A DNA stretch of 64,000 bases from the human T2T-CHM13v2.0 reference genome, Homo sapiens. A model generated the notes under the pieces. That model was not told the DNA's origin, did not search any database, and was given only the letters and a program-made list of their open reading frames with translations. The position numbers and the translations under genes are program-made. Below, piece by piece: positions 25,322-37,721 of the stretch (position 1 is the stretch's first letter; the number at the start of each line of letters is the position of its first letter). Where the stretch lies: assembly GCF_009914755.1 (NCBI RefSeq), contig NC_060933.1; one strand, 5' to 3'.

Positions 25322-25808
25322 AAGGGCCAGTTTCAAGGGTGTGCCAACCATGCATTGCAAAGATCCCCAAACTAAGAAGGGAAGCCTTGTTCTTGGGCTT
25401 TAAAACACTGTAGTAGCCATATTGACATTCTTAGTAAGTTTATTTTGTGATGTGGATTCTGTGTTTGAGGGATGATAGGACAATGAGGTAAATGCCAGGT
25501 CCTTGGAGCCTAGGTTCAGTGGCAGTCTTATCTCCCACTGCCTCCTTGGGATGAATTCCTGGTCATCCCCAACTCCAACTCTACCCAGCAACAGCCCTCT
25601 CCCCAAGTCTCTCCTTCAGGGTCCTAGGTGCACTCAGCTAGTAAGTATTCCCATGCTTGAGGAAGTGCAACATTAAATAGCAAATAAAAACACCATGACA
25701 GGTTGAGGGAGATACTACAGAAGAAAGAAACTTTTTTTCCTGCTTTCTGAATAAGGGGCCTGAATTTTTGTTTTGCATCAGGCCCGGTAAATTATGTAGT
25801 AGGTCTTG
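25322..25808. mobile_element. MER45-family hAT-Tip100 element (internally deleted long form)
   Basis: agggccagtttcaagggtgtg left end; aaggggcctgaatttttgttttgcatcaggcccggtaaattatgtagtaggtcttg right end. Confidence 0.7.
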
Positions 25809-26199
25809 TGTGTACACAGTAAGCATGAACGTCCTTAAGTCCCTCCTTCCACTGGGATGGCTAATGCTAAACTCCTTCTATATACACATTCTGGAATCAA
25901 CTGTGTACCTCATAAGGACAGTACCAAAAAGCAGGAGAAGGTGAGGGGAGAGAATAAAAATACCTGGCTTGTTGGAGGTAGGACTGTCCCTCTCAGCTCT
26001 CATCTTGGCAAGTCCAAGACCCCCCTCTCCTCGCTCCCACCTCAGCTTCCTGGATGTGACGCTAAATTGACATTTATCAAATTGAAATGTACTCTGCCTT
26101 TACAAGTATAAAGAGGAGCAATGGCTATAATATGTCAACAGACTACCTGGAAAGACAGGATATAGTCACAGAGAATGGTAATGAATAGTGAACATGCAA

Positions 26200-26430
26200 G
26201 GCAATCTGTGGACGTAATTAGGAAGGTGGGCTCTCAAGGAAGACTGCCTGGATTCCACTCCTGGCTTATCTCTCACAAATTGTGTGAACTTGTGCAAGCT
26301 GACCTCAGTTTCTTAGTGTGCTCATCTTTAAAAAATGGGATAATAAGAGTGGCTCCCTTAGTAATTGCTGAGAGGATTAAATTCTTACATTGGTGCCCAG
26401 CACGTAAAAGTGCTTATTCAATGTTAGATA
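26200..26430 (+). mobile_element. MIR SINE
   Basis: agactgcctggattccactcctggct...ctcatctttaaaaaatgggataata...gaggattaaa. Confidence 0.7.
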
Positions 26431-26604
26431 TAAAGGCTCAAACAAGGGAAGTTTTTTGAGAGACATAGAACAGTCAGGAAAAGATTTGCAAGATGCCAAG
26501 ACAAGAATCCTTTATGGAAGATTTTTATGGCGTTACTAAGAAAATGTGACTTTAATTTTGGCAGAATATCTAAATAAAAATGCTTTATGCCATTGTTTGA
26601 AATT

Positions 26605-26639
26605 ACACACACACATACACACACACAAACAGACACACA
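26605..26639. repeat. Imperfect (CA)n microsatellite
   Basis: Read directly from the sequence. Confidence 0.85.
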
Positions 26640-28159
26640 ATATGAGCCCTTAGAAATAAGAAACTTGGTTTAACTACATGCTTTGTATCCTATTTCTGAA
26701 ATCATTACCCTCTGCTTTTCAAATCTCACCGAGTCTTGTTTTGGCATTAAGCAATTCTAATGAAAGTGTACAAACATCTGTCTTACATTCTGGCTTTTTC
26801 TTAGCAACATTGCCACTTGGATTCATTGGACTTACAATTTATGATAATTACAAGTAAGATAAAAGCCACATTTACCTACCCACCAATCTTTTATTTTATT
26901 TTTTTACTAGCAGAACTGTATGTCCTCGCACAGATGTAACAACCTCAATGTTTTTAAACAAATCCATATTGAAAAGAAAGTAGAAAAAGTGAATCTGACT
27001 ACAAATGTTTACATGTAGCAAATAGACTTTTTAAAATATCAATTTAGTTAAGTGTGTGTTCAGTTATCAGTCGAATACTCTCAACTGACCCCAGCGCCAA
27101 TCTCAAATCTTGTAGGAATATATCAGATGTATGAAGTGCATTTTCCTTGGTAGTTACTGAAGGCAATTTGTTTGCTTTAGATTTGATTATGTAGTGGTCA
27201 TTGCTAGGAGTAAATGCACAGATGGCCAAATAGCTGATGTTGAAAATAAAAGTTAGGAAACACTTCTCATGATGCCAATTTTCCTCACACTCATGACATG
27301 TTGTCTTTTTAGCAAGACTGTATCATTTTACTGTTCTGTAATGTCTTCTCATGTAATACCTACTAGCATAAGGAATAAAGGGAGGATCCCCCTAAGGTAA
27401 GTTAGAGCTGTGTTCTAACTTCATTCTAGGTAAATAAAGGGAATCTATGTTTGATGTTAAGACATAAGTCACAAACACTGTTAAATGATAGTTCACAAGG
27501 TACCTTAACTTCTCAGAACTTTTTGTGCAAAGAAAGATGTGAACTACACACTCCATAAGATGCATTCTATTCTAATTCTCTATGATCCTATCGTTAGTGG
27601 ACTAAATTATCTCACACAGCCTTATATCCTGTCAAATCAAGGTTGTTACTGAAGTTAAAGTGATCTACATCAGGAAAAACAAATCAAATGGTTAATGATG
27701 TAACCAAGGGGGTGGTTTTACCAGGAACAGTGCTTCTGTGGTGATAGAGACACACCACAAGGAGAATCATGTAAAAACACAATAGATATTAAGTTTTACT
27801 TAAACTGTAAGAGACTTTAGAATAGCAAAAAGGAATTGTACAGGCAGGAACAGAACAGATAACATCTTAGAAGACAATTTGAAAAAGTCTTTACATAGAG
27901 ATTGATATGGAGATTTCTAGCATGTCCCAAATAGAGAAATATTTTAAATATTTCTATGTGTGTGTGTTCCAGGGAATAGCCTTCATTTAAATGATATAAT
28001 GTGATAGGTAATGCATTTCACAGAACCCACTGAGAGCTTAAAGACGTATGAGCCTGAATTCCAAGTGAATCTCTTGGAACATACAGAGATTGAAATGGCT
28101 GAGTGACTGTGTGAGATGAAAATAATTTCATAAGATGTAATTATTTTCAGTCTCATAAT

Positions 28160-28380
28160 GATAACTACCATTTATTGAGTGCTTATCATGGATCAGGAAC
28201 TACCCTGGATGATTTACAGACATCATCTCGTGAAATGCTTACAACATCACAGTGGGAAAATTTAATATCGGAAACAAATGTTCAGAAAGGCAAGCAACTT
28301 GCCCAAGGTTACAAGGCTGGTAAATGGGGAATTAAAACCCAAGTCTGACTGATTTGAAGCCAGTCCTCTTCCCGATCCTT
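28160..28380 (-). mobile_element. MIR SINE
   Basis: ctaccatttattgagtgcttatcatg...aacttgcccaaggttacaaggctggtaaatgg...aaacccaagtctgactga. Confidence 0.75.
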
Positions 28381-28645
28381 CATCCTGCCTCTGTCTGCAT
28401 TTTATTGGATGAGCCAGTCTTAAGAGCCACTTATTCTGAAATTGCAAATTTCACAATGCTCTGACTATACACTAAAATGTTTTGATGGATGGGAAAGTAT
28501 GAAAAAAGGGGTGAATATATTCCTTATTTTTAATGACTATTACTTTATGCATTAATTATTTTTTTGCTGTAATCAGTAGGCCTGTACATTAAAGGGCATT
28601 TATTGTAACCAGTGTTGCATAAAAGTCCCCAAAATGTATTATTAT

Positions 28646-28647
<2 letters not shown>

Positions 28648-28679
<32 letters not shown>
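28648..28679. repeat. (AC)16 microsatellite
   Basis: Perfect dinucleotide run. Confidence 0.95.
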
Positions 28680-28685
<6 letters not shown>

Positions 28686-28691
28686 TATGTA

Positions 28692-29125
28692 TGCTAATGT
28701 TGTGCCAGGTACTTTCTGAATATCTCCTATGATTCTCATGGCAACCTTAAGAAACTGGCAGCCTGTATATATATGCAGTGTGTATATATATCTATATATG
28801 TATATATAGATACATATATATAGTTTTTAACCAACTTTTTCTTCCAAGTAGTAGTGAAATATATTAAAGTCAGTAAATTTCCTGGCATAGGGCATCCGAA
28901 CATACTTTAGAAGATTTATCTTAGCATTGAAATCTTGAAGTGAAGTGATGTGTACTCAGTCTATGTGGGAGACAGGGATTCTACAGAAGAAGGAGATTTT
29001 TGAAAGAAGGGAAGAAGGCAAGCCAGTCTTTGGCTCCAAGGACCTACAATGTGCTAATGTTGTGATAGGTACTTCCTGAATATTTCCTGTGATTCTCGTG
29101 GCATCCTTGAGAAATCGGCTGGCTG
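28692..29125. repeat. 74-bp diverged direct repeat (28692-28765 and 29052-29125)
   Basis: Ungapped hand alignment gives 62/74 identity; offset is 360 bp. Confidence 0.9.
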
Positions 29126-29343
29126 ATGGTAGTTGAATAGATATGCTTGGTCCAGTATATACTAATTTTAACAATGAGCCACGTAGTATATTTATAAAAT
29201 AAAAACTGCTCTAAGAATCTGTAATTGCACATGGCTTCACATAGCCAATAGGGAATGAATTAGTAATAGCATGAAGTGATCTTGGGCATGAATGAGTAAA
29301 TGTTCTGTGACACCTACTTCTTGGTTTTAAAAAGATTTATTCT

Positions 29344-31297
29344 GACTTTGGTAAAGTTTCAGGATACAAAATCAACGTACAAAAATCAGTAGCATTTCTA
29401 TACAACAATAATGTTCAAGCTGAGAGCCAAATCAAGAATGCAATCTCATGTACAATAGCCACACACACACAAAAATACCTAGAACTACATCTAACCAAGG
29501 AGGTGAAAGATCTCTACAAGAAGAACTACAAAACACTAATAAAAGAAATTCTAGATGATACAAACAAATAGAAAAATATTCCATGCTCACAGATTGGAAG
29601 AATCAGTATCATTAAAATGGCCATGCTGCTTAAAGCGATCTACAGATTAAACACTATTCCTATCAAACTGTCGATGTCATTTTTTGCAGAACTAGGAAAA
29701 AAAAAACTATTCTACAATTCATATAGAACCAGAAAAGAGCCTGAACAGTGAAAGCAGTCCTAGGCAATAAGAACAAAGACAGTGACATCACGTTACCCAA
29801 CTTCAAACTATGCTGCAAGTCTATAGTAACCAAAACAGCATGGTACTGGTACAAAAACAGATATGTAGACCCATGTAGCAGAATAGAGGACCCAGAAGTA
29901 AAGCCACACACCTTTAGCCATCTGATCATTGACAAAATCAACAAAAATAAGCAATAGGGAAGGGACTCCCTAGTCAACAAAATGGTGCTGAGATAACTGG
30001 CCAGCCATACGCAGTAGAATGAAACTGAACCCCTACTTTTCACCATATACAAAAATTAACTCAAGATGGATTACCGATTTAAATGTAAGACCTCAAACTA
30101 CAAGAATACTAGAAGAAAGCCTAGGAAACATCATTCTGGACATAGGACTTGGGAACTAATTTATGACTAAGTCCTTGAAAGCAATTGCAATAAAACCAAA
30201 AACTGGCAAGTGGGACCTAACTAAACTATAGAGCTTTTGCACAGCAAAAGAAACTATCAACAGAGTAAACAGGCAACCTACAGAATAGAAGAAAATATTC
30301 GCAAACAGTGCATTCAGCAAAGTTCCAATATCCAAAATCTATAAGCAAATGAAACTATTAAACAAGCAAAAAACAAATAACCCCATAAAAACCTGGGCAA
30401 AAGACATGAACAGGTACTTCTCAAAAGAAGATACACAAGTGACCATGAAACTAGGCAAAAGACATGAACAGATACTTCTCAACAAAGAGCCAACAAACCA
30501 TGAAAAGCAGCCAACAAACATGAACAGTGCTCCACATCACTAATCACCAGAGAAATGTAAATGAAAACCACAATGAGATACCATCTCACACCCGTCAGAA
30601 TGGCTATTACTAAAAAGTCAACCAACAACAGATGCTGGCAAGGCTGCAGAGAAAAGGGAACACTTATACACTGTTGATGCAAATGTAAATTAATTGAACC
30701 CCTGTGGAAAGTAGTTTGAAGATTTCTCAAAGAACTTAAAATAGGACTACCATTCAGCTCAGCAATTCCATTGCTGGTTATATATCCAAAAGAAAACAAA
30801 TTGTTCAACCAAAAAAACACATGCACTTGCATGTTCATTGCAGCACTAATCACAATAGCAAAGACATGAAATTGACCTAGGTGCCCATCAACAGTGGACT
30901 GGATAAAGTAAATGTGGTACATATACACCATAGAATGCCACACAGCCACATAAAAAGAACAAAATCATCTCCTTTGCAGCAACATGGACACAGCTACAGG
31001 CCATTATCCTAAGCAAATGAATGCAGGAACAGAAAACCAAATACTGCATGTTCTCACTCGTAAGTGGAAGCTAAACATTACATACTCAAGGACATAAAGA
31101 TGGCAATAATAAACAGTGGGGACTACTAGGTGTGGGAGGGAGGGAGGAGGGCAAGGTTTGAAAAACTAACTATTGGGTCCTATGCTTAGTAGCTAGGTGA
31201 TGGGATTATTAGTATCACAAACCTCAGTATCATGTAATATACTCATAGGAAAAACTAAACCTAAAATAAGAGTTGAAAAAAAAGAAAGAATTTTTTT
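29344..31297 (+). mobile_element. 5'-truncated L1 (L1PA15/16-like): ORF2 C-terminal remnant plus 3' UTR, inactive
   Basis: ORF2-like peptide ITLPNFKLCCKSIVTKTAWYWYKNR with many stops; 3' UTR ggacataaagatggcaat...gaaaaactaactattggg; 14-bp TSD aaaagatt(t/c)attct at 29330-29343 and 31298-31311. Confidence 0.92.
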
Positions 31298-31749
31298 AAA
31301 AGATTCATTCTCATTTTTTCTCCTCTTCTCAGCAACCTTAAAAAATGAGGTATAAGTCTAGATTATCATAATGGACCACTGACATAAATTCATTGCTTAG
31401 ATTTAGATGCCCATCACCAACCAGCTGAAGATGTCTTTTTCTCCATTCATACTGAAAATCTAACCAAAAGAGGTCAAAGTATCAAAGACCTGCATATCCT
31501 GTCAGGATAAGAGGGAACTTCAGGTTGATGGAGAGTAAAGTCTTCTTTTTCTAATTGGCCTGGTTCTCTGTTGTTATTTCATTGCAGTGCAAACTTTCTA
31601 TGCAATTCAGCTGTTCCTCTTCCCTTGCAGAAGCTGAAAACTGTGCCTCTGCCTAAGGAAAGAATCTAATCTGCCACTTCACTACTCATAGGAAGAGATG
31701 GGAAATGTGATGAATATTTTTCAGGGTGATGCTAACTTAATATTCTAGG

Positions 31750-31870
31750 CAGAGCTAGGAGTAGGTTAGGATGAGTGAGGCACCATTTCATGTACTTTGC
31801 ACTGAGAATTAGTGCCTCTTGAAATTTACACTCTCGGCACTTCACATGCCTTTCTCTAGTCCTGGCCCTG
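31750..31870. mobile_element. MER96-like hAT MITE
   Basis: cagagctaggagtagg...gagtgaggc and agtgcctcttgaaattt...ctagtcctggccctg terminal inverted repeats. Confidence 0.65.
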
Positions 31871-32049
31871 ATTTGAGAAGATGAGAATTATGCCTGAGCA
31901 TTTTATTTCCTTATGAAACTACCGAATTTCCTGCTGCTTATGATCTCAATAGCCATTGACTCCAAAGTCTCTGATTCTTGAAAATTTTTGGACACCATTG
32001 CTTGTCTCTTCGTGGCCTCAAAAACTTTTATATATCTCTGGTGACTGGG

Positions 32050-32545
32050 AAATTAAAGCCAGACCCTCATCCCTCAGCAAGAACTTTTTAACCCAATCTT
32101 ACTTTTCAGCCTTATCTCATATCCTATTACTATTCCTCGATCCCATCTATGCCCATAGAATAGCTTTTCGCCTTGCTACTTCTAGCCTTGTGTCCAAGTT
32201 GTGATTTCCTCTTGGAAGTTTTACTCTCTTTATGCTTATACTGTGCTTATACAGGAAAGTTCAAAGCTGAATTCAAATCCCATTTCCTGGGAAAGATCTT
32301 TTCATATCCCACCAATACAAATTCATTTTTTTCCTCTTGTTCTATCACTGCCTTTTGTTTATGACATTGAGCAAGCATAAATCTTACTGTGCCTTTTATT
32401 TTTAAAAAATTATTTCCATTTATGTCTGTTCTATGACCACCCTTTGAACTCATGGAGGGAAGATTCTATTTTGTTTGTCTTGATACCCTTGTAGAACCCA
32501 GCAGTGAAACTGCATTTGGTGGGCCCTCAATATATCTGTACCTCA
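32050..32545 (+). mobile_element. L2 LINE 3' fragment
   Basis: cttttcagccttatctc...tgaactcatggagggaagatt...cccagcagtg...ctcaatatatctgt. Confidence 0.55.
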
Positions 32546-32934
32546 CTGCATGACTGGGTACATTCTTTATTAATGTAAAGTGTACTTGGCTTAATAAGCT
32601 TTTGGCAAGAGAAAGGAAGAAGCAGTACAAGTTTATTTCCTTATTTTAATCAGCACAGTAGATTTTTAAACATAGGCTGTTGCATGTTTAGACCAACTCT
32701 ACTGGGTAGAAAGACTAAAAAAACACTTCTAACTAATAACGGACTTCAGCAAGAATACATGGTATAATTGTACTTTGAAAATTATAATCTGCATGAATAC
32801 AAAGCAATTAAGTATTAGAAGTTCAAATATTTGGAAAGCTCAAAATATGTGGACATGATGTCCCTTGAATTCAAATGTTGATAGGAAGAAATTGCATCTA
32901 TTCATCCACCTTAACCCTTACATTGTTATTTATG

Positions 32935-33330
32935 CTTTAATGAAGTGTTTATTATGAGTCCCCATTGTGCTTGATATTGGGCTAGGTGCTAGAAATACAA
33001 AGAGGATGAAAAACTCTGTTCTTTAATGAGCTCTTGTCAACAATCAGCTACAGTAAAAAACATGTCGGGTTACAGTGATTCCTCAGCCTACTATGGAAGA
33101 CGAGACACTTGAGACAAGCACTGAGAGACAGAAGTATTTATGAACTAATATTACGCAGAGTACAGAACACTTGATTATACCCGAAACGAGAAAATGGATT
33201 TTGGGATGGAAGCTGCTCAAATAGATTTTGAAAGTTGACTGGGGCATTTGCAGATGGCAAGGAAGGAACTGCATTTTATGAAATGGGAACAGTGTAGAGA
33301 AATACCTGGAAGCCTGAATTAGCTTGTTGT
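32935..33330 (-). mobile_element. L2 LINE 3' fragment
   Basis: ttattatgagtccccattgtgc...gggctaggtgctagaaatacaaag...gggaacagtgtagagaaa. Confidence 0.5.
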
Positions 33331-34009
33331 ACCCTCAAATCTAGTATATCATATTTTAAAAGACTGACACAAAATACACTTGGGAACCAACATAATCTTT
33401 AGACATAATCTAATGACACTTAACCATACAAACTAAACTACTTGGTTAACAAATATTTCCAAATATACATATGCTGCTTCTCTCTGGCTCTAGACTCAAG
33501 CTAAATAACATTACTTAATTGTAGAAAGTCCAAAACTGTCTGTGCCTACCAAGAAGCCAATTGACATTACTAGGTATAAGAAACAGAATTTCAAAAGCGT
33601 AATGAGGTTTCCTCATTTTTATCTAGTTCAAGGTAACATAATTAGTATGTGGATATACATGAGGTCATTTCCAGCTGTAAAATTCTGTAAATCTGCTTCA
33701 TTAAACTTTCCTTTTTTTGAAAGACTCTCCATGATCCATTGGTTTTGGATGTCACTTCATCCAAACTTTTTATTCACACTTGCACATTGAGTTGAGATGA
33801 TAATCTACTTAGGCAGAGAGGTGGAAAGAGAGGGAGAAAAGGGTATAATGGAAACTTGGGGTGGTGAGGAAAGAGGAGATAGCTTCTGATAGAAGCTCTC
33901 TGTTTTCTTCTTTCTCTAGTACATATCTCTGAAAAATAATCATGGTACTATATTAGCTGCTCTCCAGGGCAGAAGGCAACCTCAAATACCAAGCCAAGCT
34001 TGTAAATCA

Positions 34010-34160
34010 CATATATGCACCATATATATATTATATATATGATATATATTGTATATATCATATATATTATATATATGAATATATATTTTATATCATATAT
34101 GAATATATATTTTTATGATACGTGAATATATATTTTATATATTCATATATAACATTATAT
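34010..34160. repeat. Degenerate (TA)n-rich low-complexity tract
   Basis: catatatatattatatatatgatatatatt... Confidence 0.9.
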
Positions 34161-34791
34161 TTGCTTATAGTGTTATATAGTTTGCTATATAGTCTCTATA
34201 TCACTATAAAATAAAACAACTTTTGCAAAAGTGTTTTATAAGCTCCAAACATGCTATACAAAGATAGAGCATACATGGCAATATATACAATACATATTTT
34301 TCTTAGATAGCGTTTCTACCTCCATATAAGTAGTCTAGTTAAGGAGAGAAAAAAGACAATAACAGACTGTGTCTATATTATCTGTATCTTCCTTTATATC
34401 TCTTGAAGGTGTTTCTCTGTAGCTAGAGGCATCTAGGTACTACAGAGCCAGAAATTGATTTAGAATTTTTTGTCAGATGTATAAAATAATATTTGGACAA
34501 TGATGTGAAAAAAAAAACACCAAAGAATCATAAAATTATGTGATAAATATCACAGACATTTAGAATAAAATTGGGTCTTGGAAATCATATAATATACTTT
34601 CCATTCAGTCCAAGAGTTAGCAACCATAACCATGGTCTTCAGTTCTCTGATGAAGACACCCAGAGATAGAAGAAGCTCAGTGTCTCGTGAGGAAGGCCAC
34701 TCAGCGGATGTCCTGAGCATCCTAGTGTTTGCATCTTTGAGGTCATATCCTGAAAGCTTATAGGCTGCCATCAGAGAGAGGAGCTCTACAT

Positions 34792-35011
34792 CAGGGTGTC
34801 CAATCTTTCAGCCTCCCTGGACCATACTGGAAAAGAAGAATTGTCTTGGGCCATGCATAAAATACACTAACACTTAAGATAGCTGATGAGCTAAAAAAGA
34901 ATGGCAAAAAAAGTAATAATGTTTTAAGAAAGTTTACGAATTTGCATTCGGCCACATTCAAAGCCATCCTGGACTGCGTGCAGCCTGCAAGCTGTGGATT
35001 AGACAAGCTTG
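34792..35011. mobile_element. MER30 hAT-Charlie MITE
   Basis: cagggtgtccaatctt...gatagctgatgagct...ttcaaagccatcctgg...gacaagcttg; 8-bp TSD ctctacat/ccctacat. Confidence 0.9.
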
Positions 35012-35609
35012 CCCTACATTAATACAGGACAGCATAGGGCAGGGGCGGTGTCTGTGGCACAGTAGAGTCTTAGCACTCTGGGAGTTACTGGGAAGAGATA
35101 AACCTACCTTGATGGTGAGGGGATTGAACAAGGTCTTGTGGAGTAAGAGGCATTTCAAGCTTTCAAGGACAGATTGAATGTAGACATGTAAAGTAGTGGA
35201 GAAGCATTATGGACAGAAGGAATGGCATGTGCCAAGGGACAGTTGCTAAGAAGACTTTCCTTAGCTGCAAACTGTCTCTCTGAAACATGCAGCAACTATT
35301 CTACTATGCAAGAAAACATAATTCCGTATCTTTAAGCTAGTTCTCACAAGCAGATGAAGTTGTTATGTCCCTTTTCCTTGATATAAATCTTCTCATCCAA
35401 CAATTTCCAGATCCACCACCAACCTGGTCACCCTCCACATCATGCCCTCATCTGTATCAAGGTGTCCCCTAAGAGACGCTTCCCAGACTGTTGCAGTGCT
35501 CTTTCCTCTTGCCTTGGCCAGTACAAAAGCAGTGGGACAACAGCTTTTCTTGCTTTGGGTTATTTCTGTTAATGGAGGAGTCCGGCAGCACAGACTAAGT
35601 CACTGTCTC

Positions 35610-35830
35610 TCAAACTGCACTTAAGTTCAAAGCTGGCTCTAGCAGTCATCCATTCTATCATCTTAGACAAGTTATTTAACTTCTCCAAGCCTCAAAATTT
35701 TCATTTGTAAAATAAGAATAATGACTACCTACTTCATGGGATTACTTTCAAGATTAAATGAATATTTAAAACTATTTAGTACTGTGCCGGGCATATAGGA
35801 AGTACTTAAAAAATGTTAGGTACTATTAGT
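35610..35830 (+). mobile_element. MIR SINE
   Basis: cttagacaagttatttaacttctccaagcctcaaaattttcatttgtaaaataagaataat...agattaaatga. Confidence 0.75.
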
Positions 35831-36201
35831 AATACAATCAGTCATATGTAGTGATTTTTAAGGCTCCAATAAAATTTTCAGACCCTTGATTTATATCCAC
35901 AGTAGGACATTTTTCAACTCCTCCCCCACCATTTATTTTTAACAGGCTTCATAAAATTTACTGCCTTTTTTTCTGTTCTAAATTAAATTGTACTTAATGT
36001 TGCTGGGGTCAGGAGCATTACTACCTTTGGACTTTGGCTTGATAAGGAACAACTTGAGATCTCAAAGCTTAAACACACCATGCTTACCATTCTCTTACAG
36101 ACAAGACATTTTATTCTTTGGTATGCTGACAGCTTTTATTAACAGAAGTTGTATTGATTATGTTAAAGGATAAAGAAGATCAAATTTCTCTTTATGGTCT
36201 T

Positions 36202-36672
36202 TGTGGTGGTTATCTATTTTTCTGCTACCCAAAATTCCTTTCACCCACTGCTGGTAAACGAAACCCAAACTTTTAAAGAACCACCCTTCTCTCAGTCTTA
36301 GTCATTAGCTGGGGAATCCATCCCAGTTCAGGGTTGGAGAAGGTAATATAGATGTAAGGGGTCAGGGCACTGCCTACCCCTTACAACAGTGGCTGTTTGG
36401 ATTTGCCATGGGACTTCTGATCAGAACCTTTGAAATACAATGATATGAATTTGGAGTTGTTGCCGTTACCTTGAGCCACAAGAGGGGATCTTGCCGAGAA
36501 TGAATACAACGCAGATCCAGGGAGAGAAACCCAATATTTAGCAACATTGTGCACCTGAAGCCAAACAACTCCTGGGGTTTCCAGTTACTCCAATAAATTT
36601 CTTCTGTGATTTTAAACTGGTTGAGATTGAATTTACTGTCATTTTCAGCTTGCAACCAGTCATGTCTAATAT
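36202..36672 (+). mobile_element. Old MLT1 (K/L-type) LTR
   Basis: tgtggtggttatct start; cacctgaagcca...ccagttactccaataaatttc...aaactggttgagattg...cttgcaacc. Confidence 0.55.
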
Positions 36673-37721
36673 AAATGAAATCACCAGTTACATGTATTGA
36701 TAAAGAAAATCAATGATATAAACCCTAGAAAAGATCGGTTTTCGAGCATCATCTAGTATTTGAAAGCCCATAGAGAAAGGCAGCTTTGACTACTGTGAAT
36801 GGTTAAGGTATATAGGAGAATTTTGTTTGGGTGCCCCAAATTTAAAATATCATAATAGTCTTGGTTTCTAGCTATCCAAGCACAAGCATGTATTATTTAT
36901 ATTATCTTTGTATCTGTATCACTACATCATCAGTCACATCTGTCTATACATAAAGAAACAGCCACATCAGTTTAGTAGTTTTCATTCTAATGGATAGTGA
37001 GTCTCTTTTAGGGGTCATGTCTTATTCATTTGCAAGCTTCTAGCCCAGCCTCTGACAGAGATACTTAATAAGTACTAAAATGAAACAAATAGGAATCTGT
37101 TGCTTTGGCCTAAATTGCCTTTATAGAGAAAAGAAAAGGCAGAGGTGTTGATGGCTGTAAAATGGGAGCACCCCTAATCCCAGAGCTCTATTCAAATAGA
37201 TTCACAACACTATGAATGGTGCCCTCTGGAACTCTGCAGTGGAGCAACCTGAATAAAGTTTTTAAAACTATACAAAAGAAAACTCACTGATTACCAATTT
37301 TCATAAGTATGAGGAGACATGAATTTATTGAAATTTAATTGTGATTTCTTGTAAATTTGTTTTTCTAATAGCAGTAACACTAACTTCTTCAATTTACTAA
37401 GCATAGATTTTTTTTTAGCTTTTCTTTCTTAATACTTAATAAATTGTAAAATTAACTCAATTCGAAATTTTGGGATCTGGTTAGGAAGGTATTTACCAAC
37501 AATAACAATTAGATTTCTTTGGAATTGTTAAGAATAACAAAGACAGAATACATTAGGTATTCAATTTCTTCCTGCTGTGATTCTAAATTTCTGATTCCTT
37601 AAGCCCAACATGGCAACATTCATTTAAATTGACAAAATTAATATCTTCTACTTTTTGGTCATTGTTATAATGTAGCTCTTACATTAAATGTTGTGATAAA
37701 TTTATGAATGTCACAACATAG

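Noticed and set aside
29663-30949. 129-aa and 156-aa minus-strand ORFs
   Set aside because: Antisense readings of decayed L1 ORF2 and adjacent sequence.
34010-34210. Apparent hairpins in the TA-rich tract
   Set aside because: Self-complementarity is a trivial property of (TA)n low-complexity sequence.
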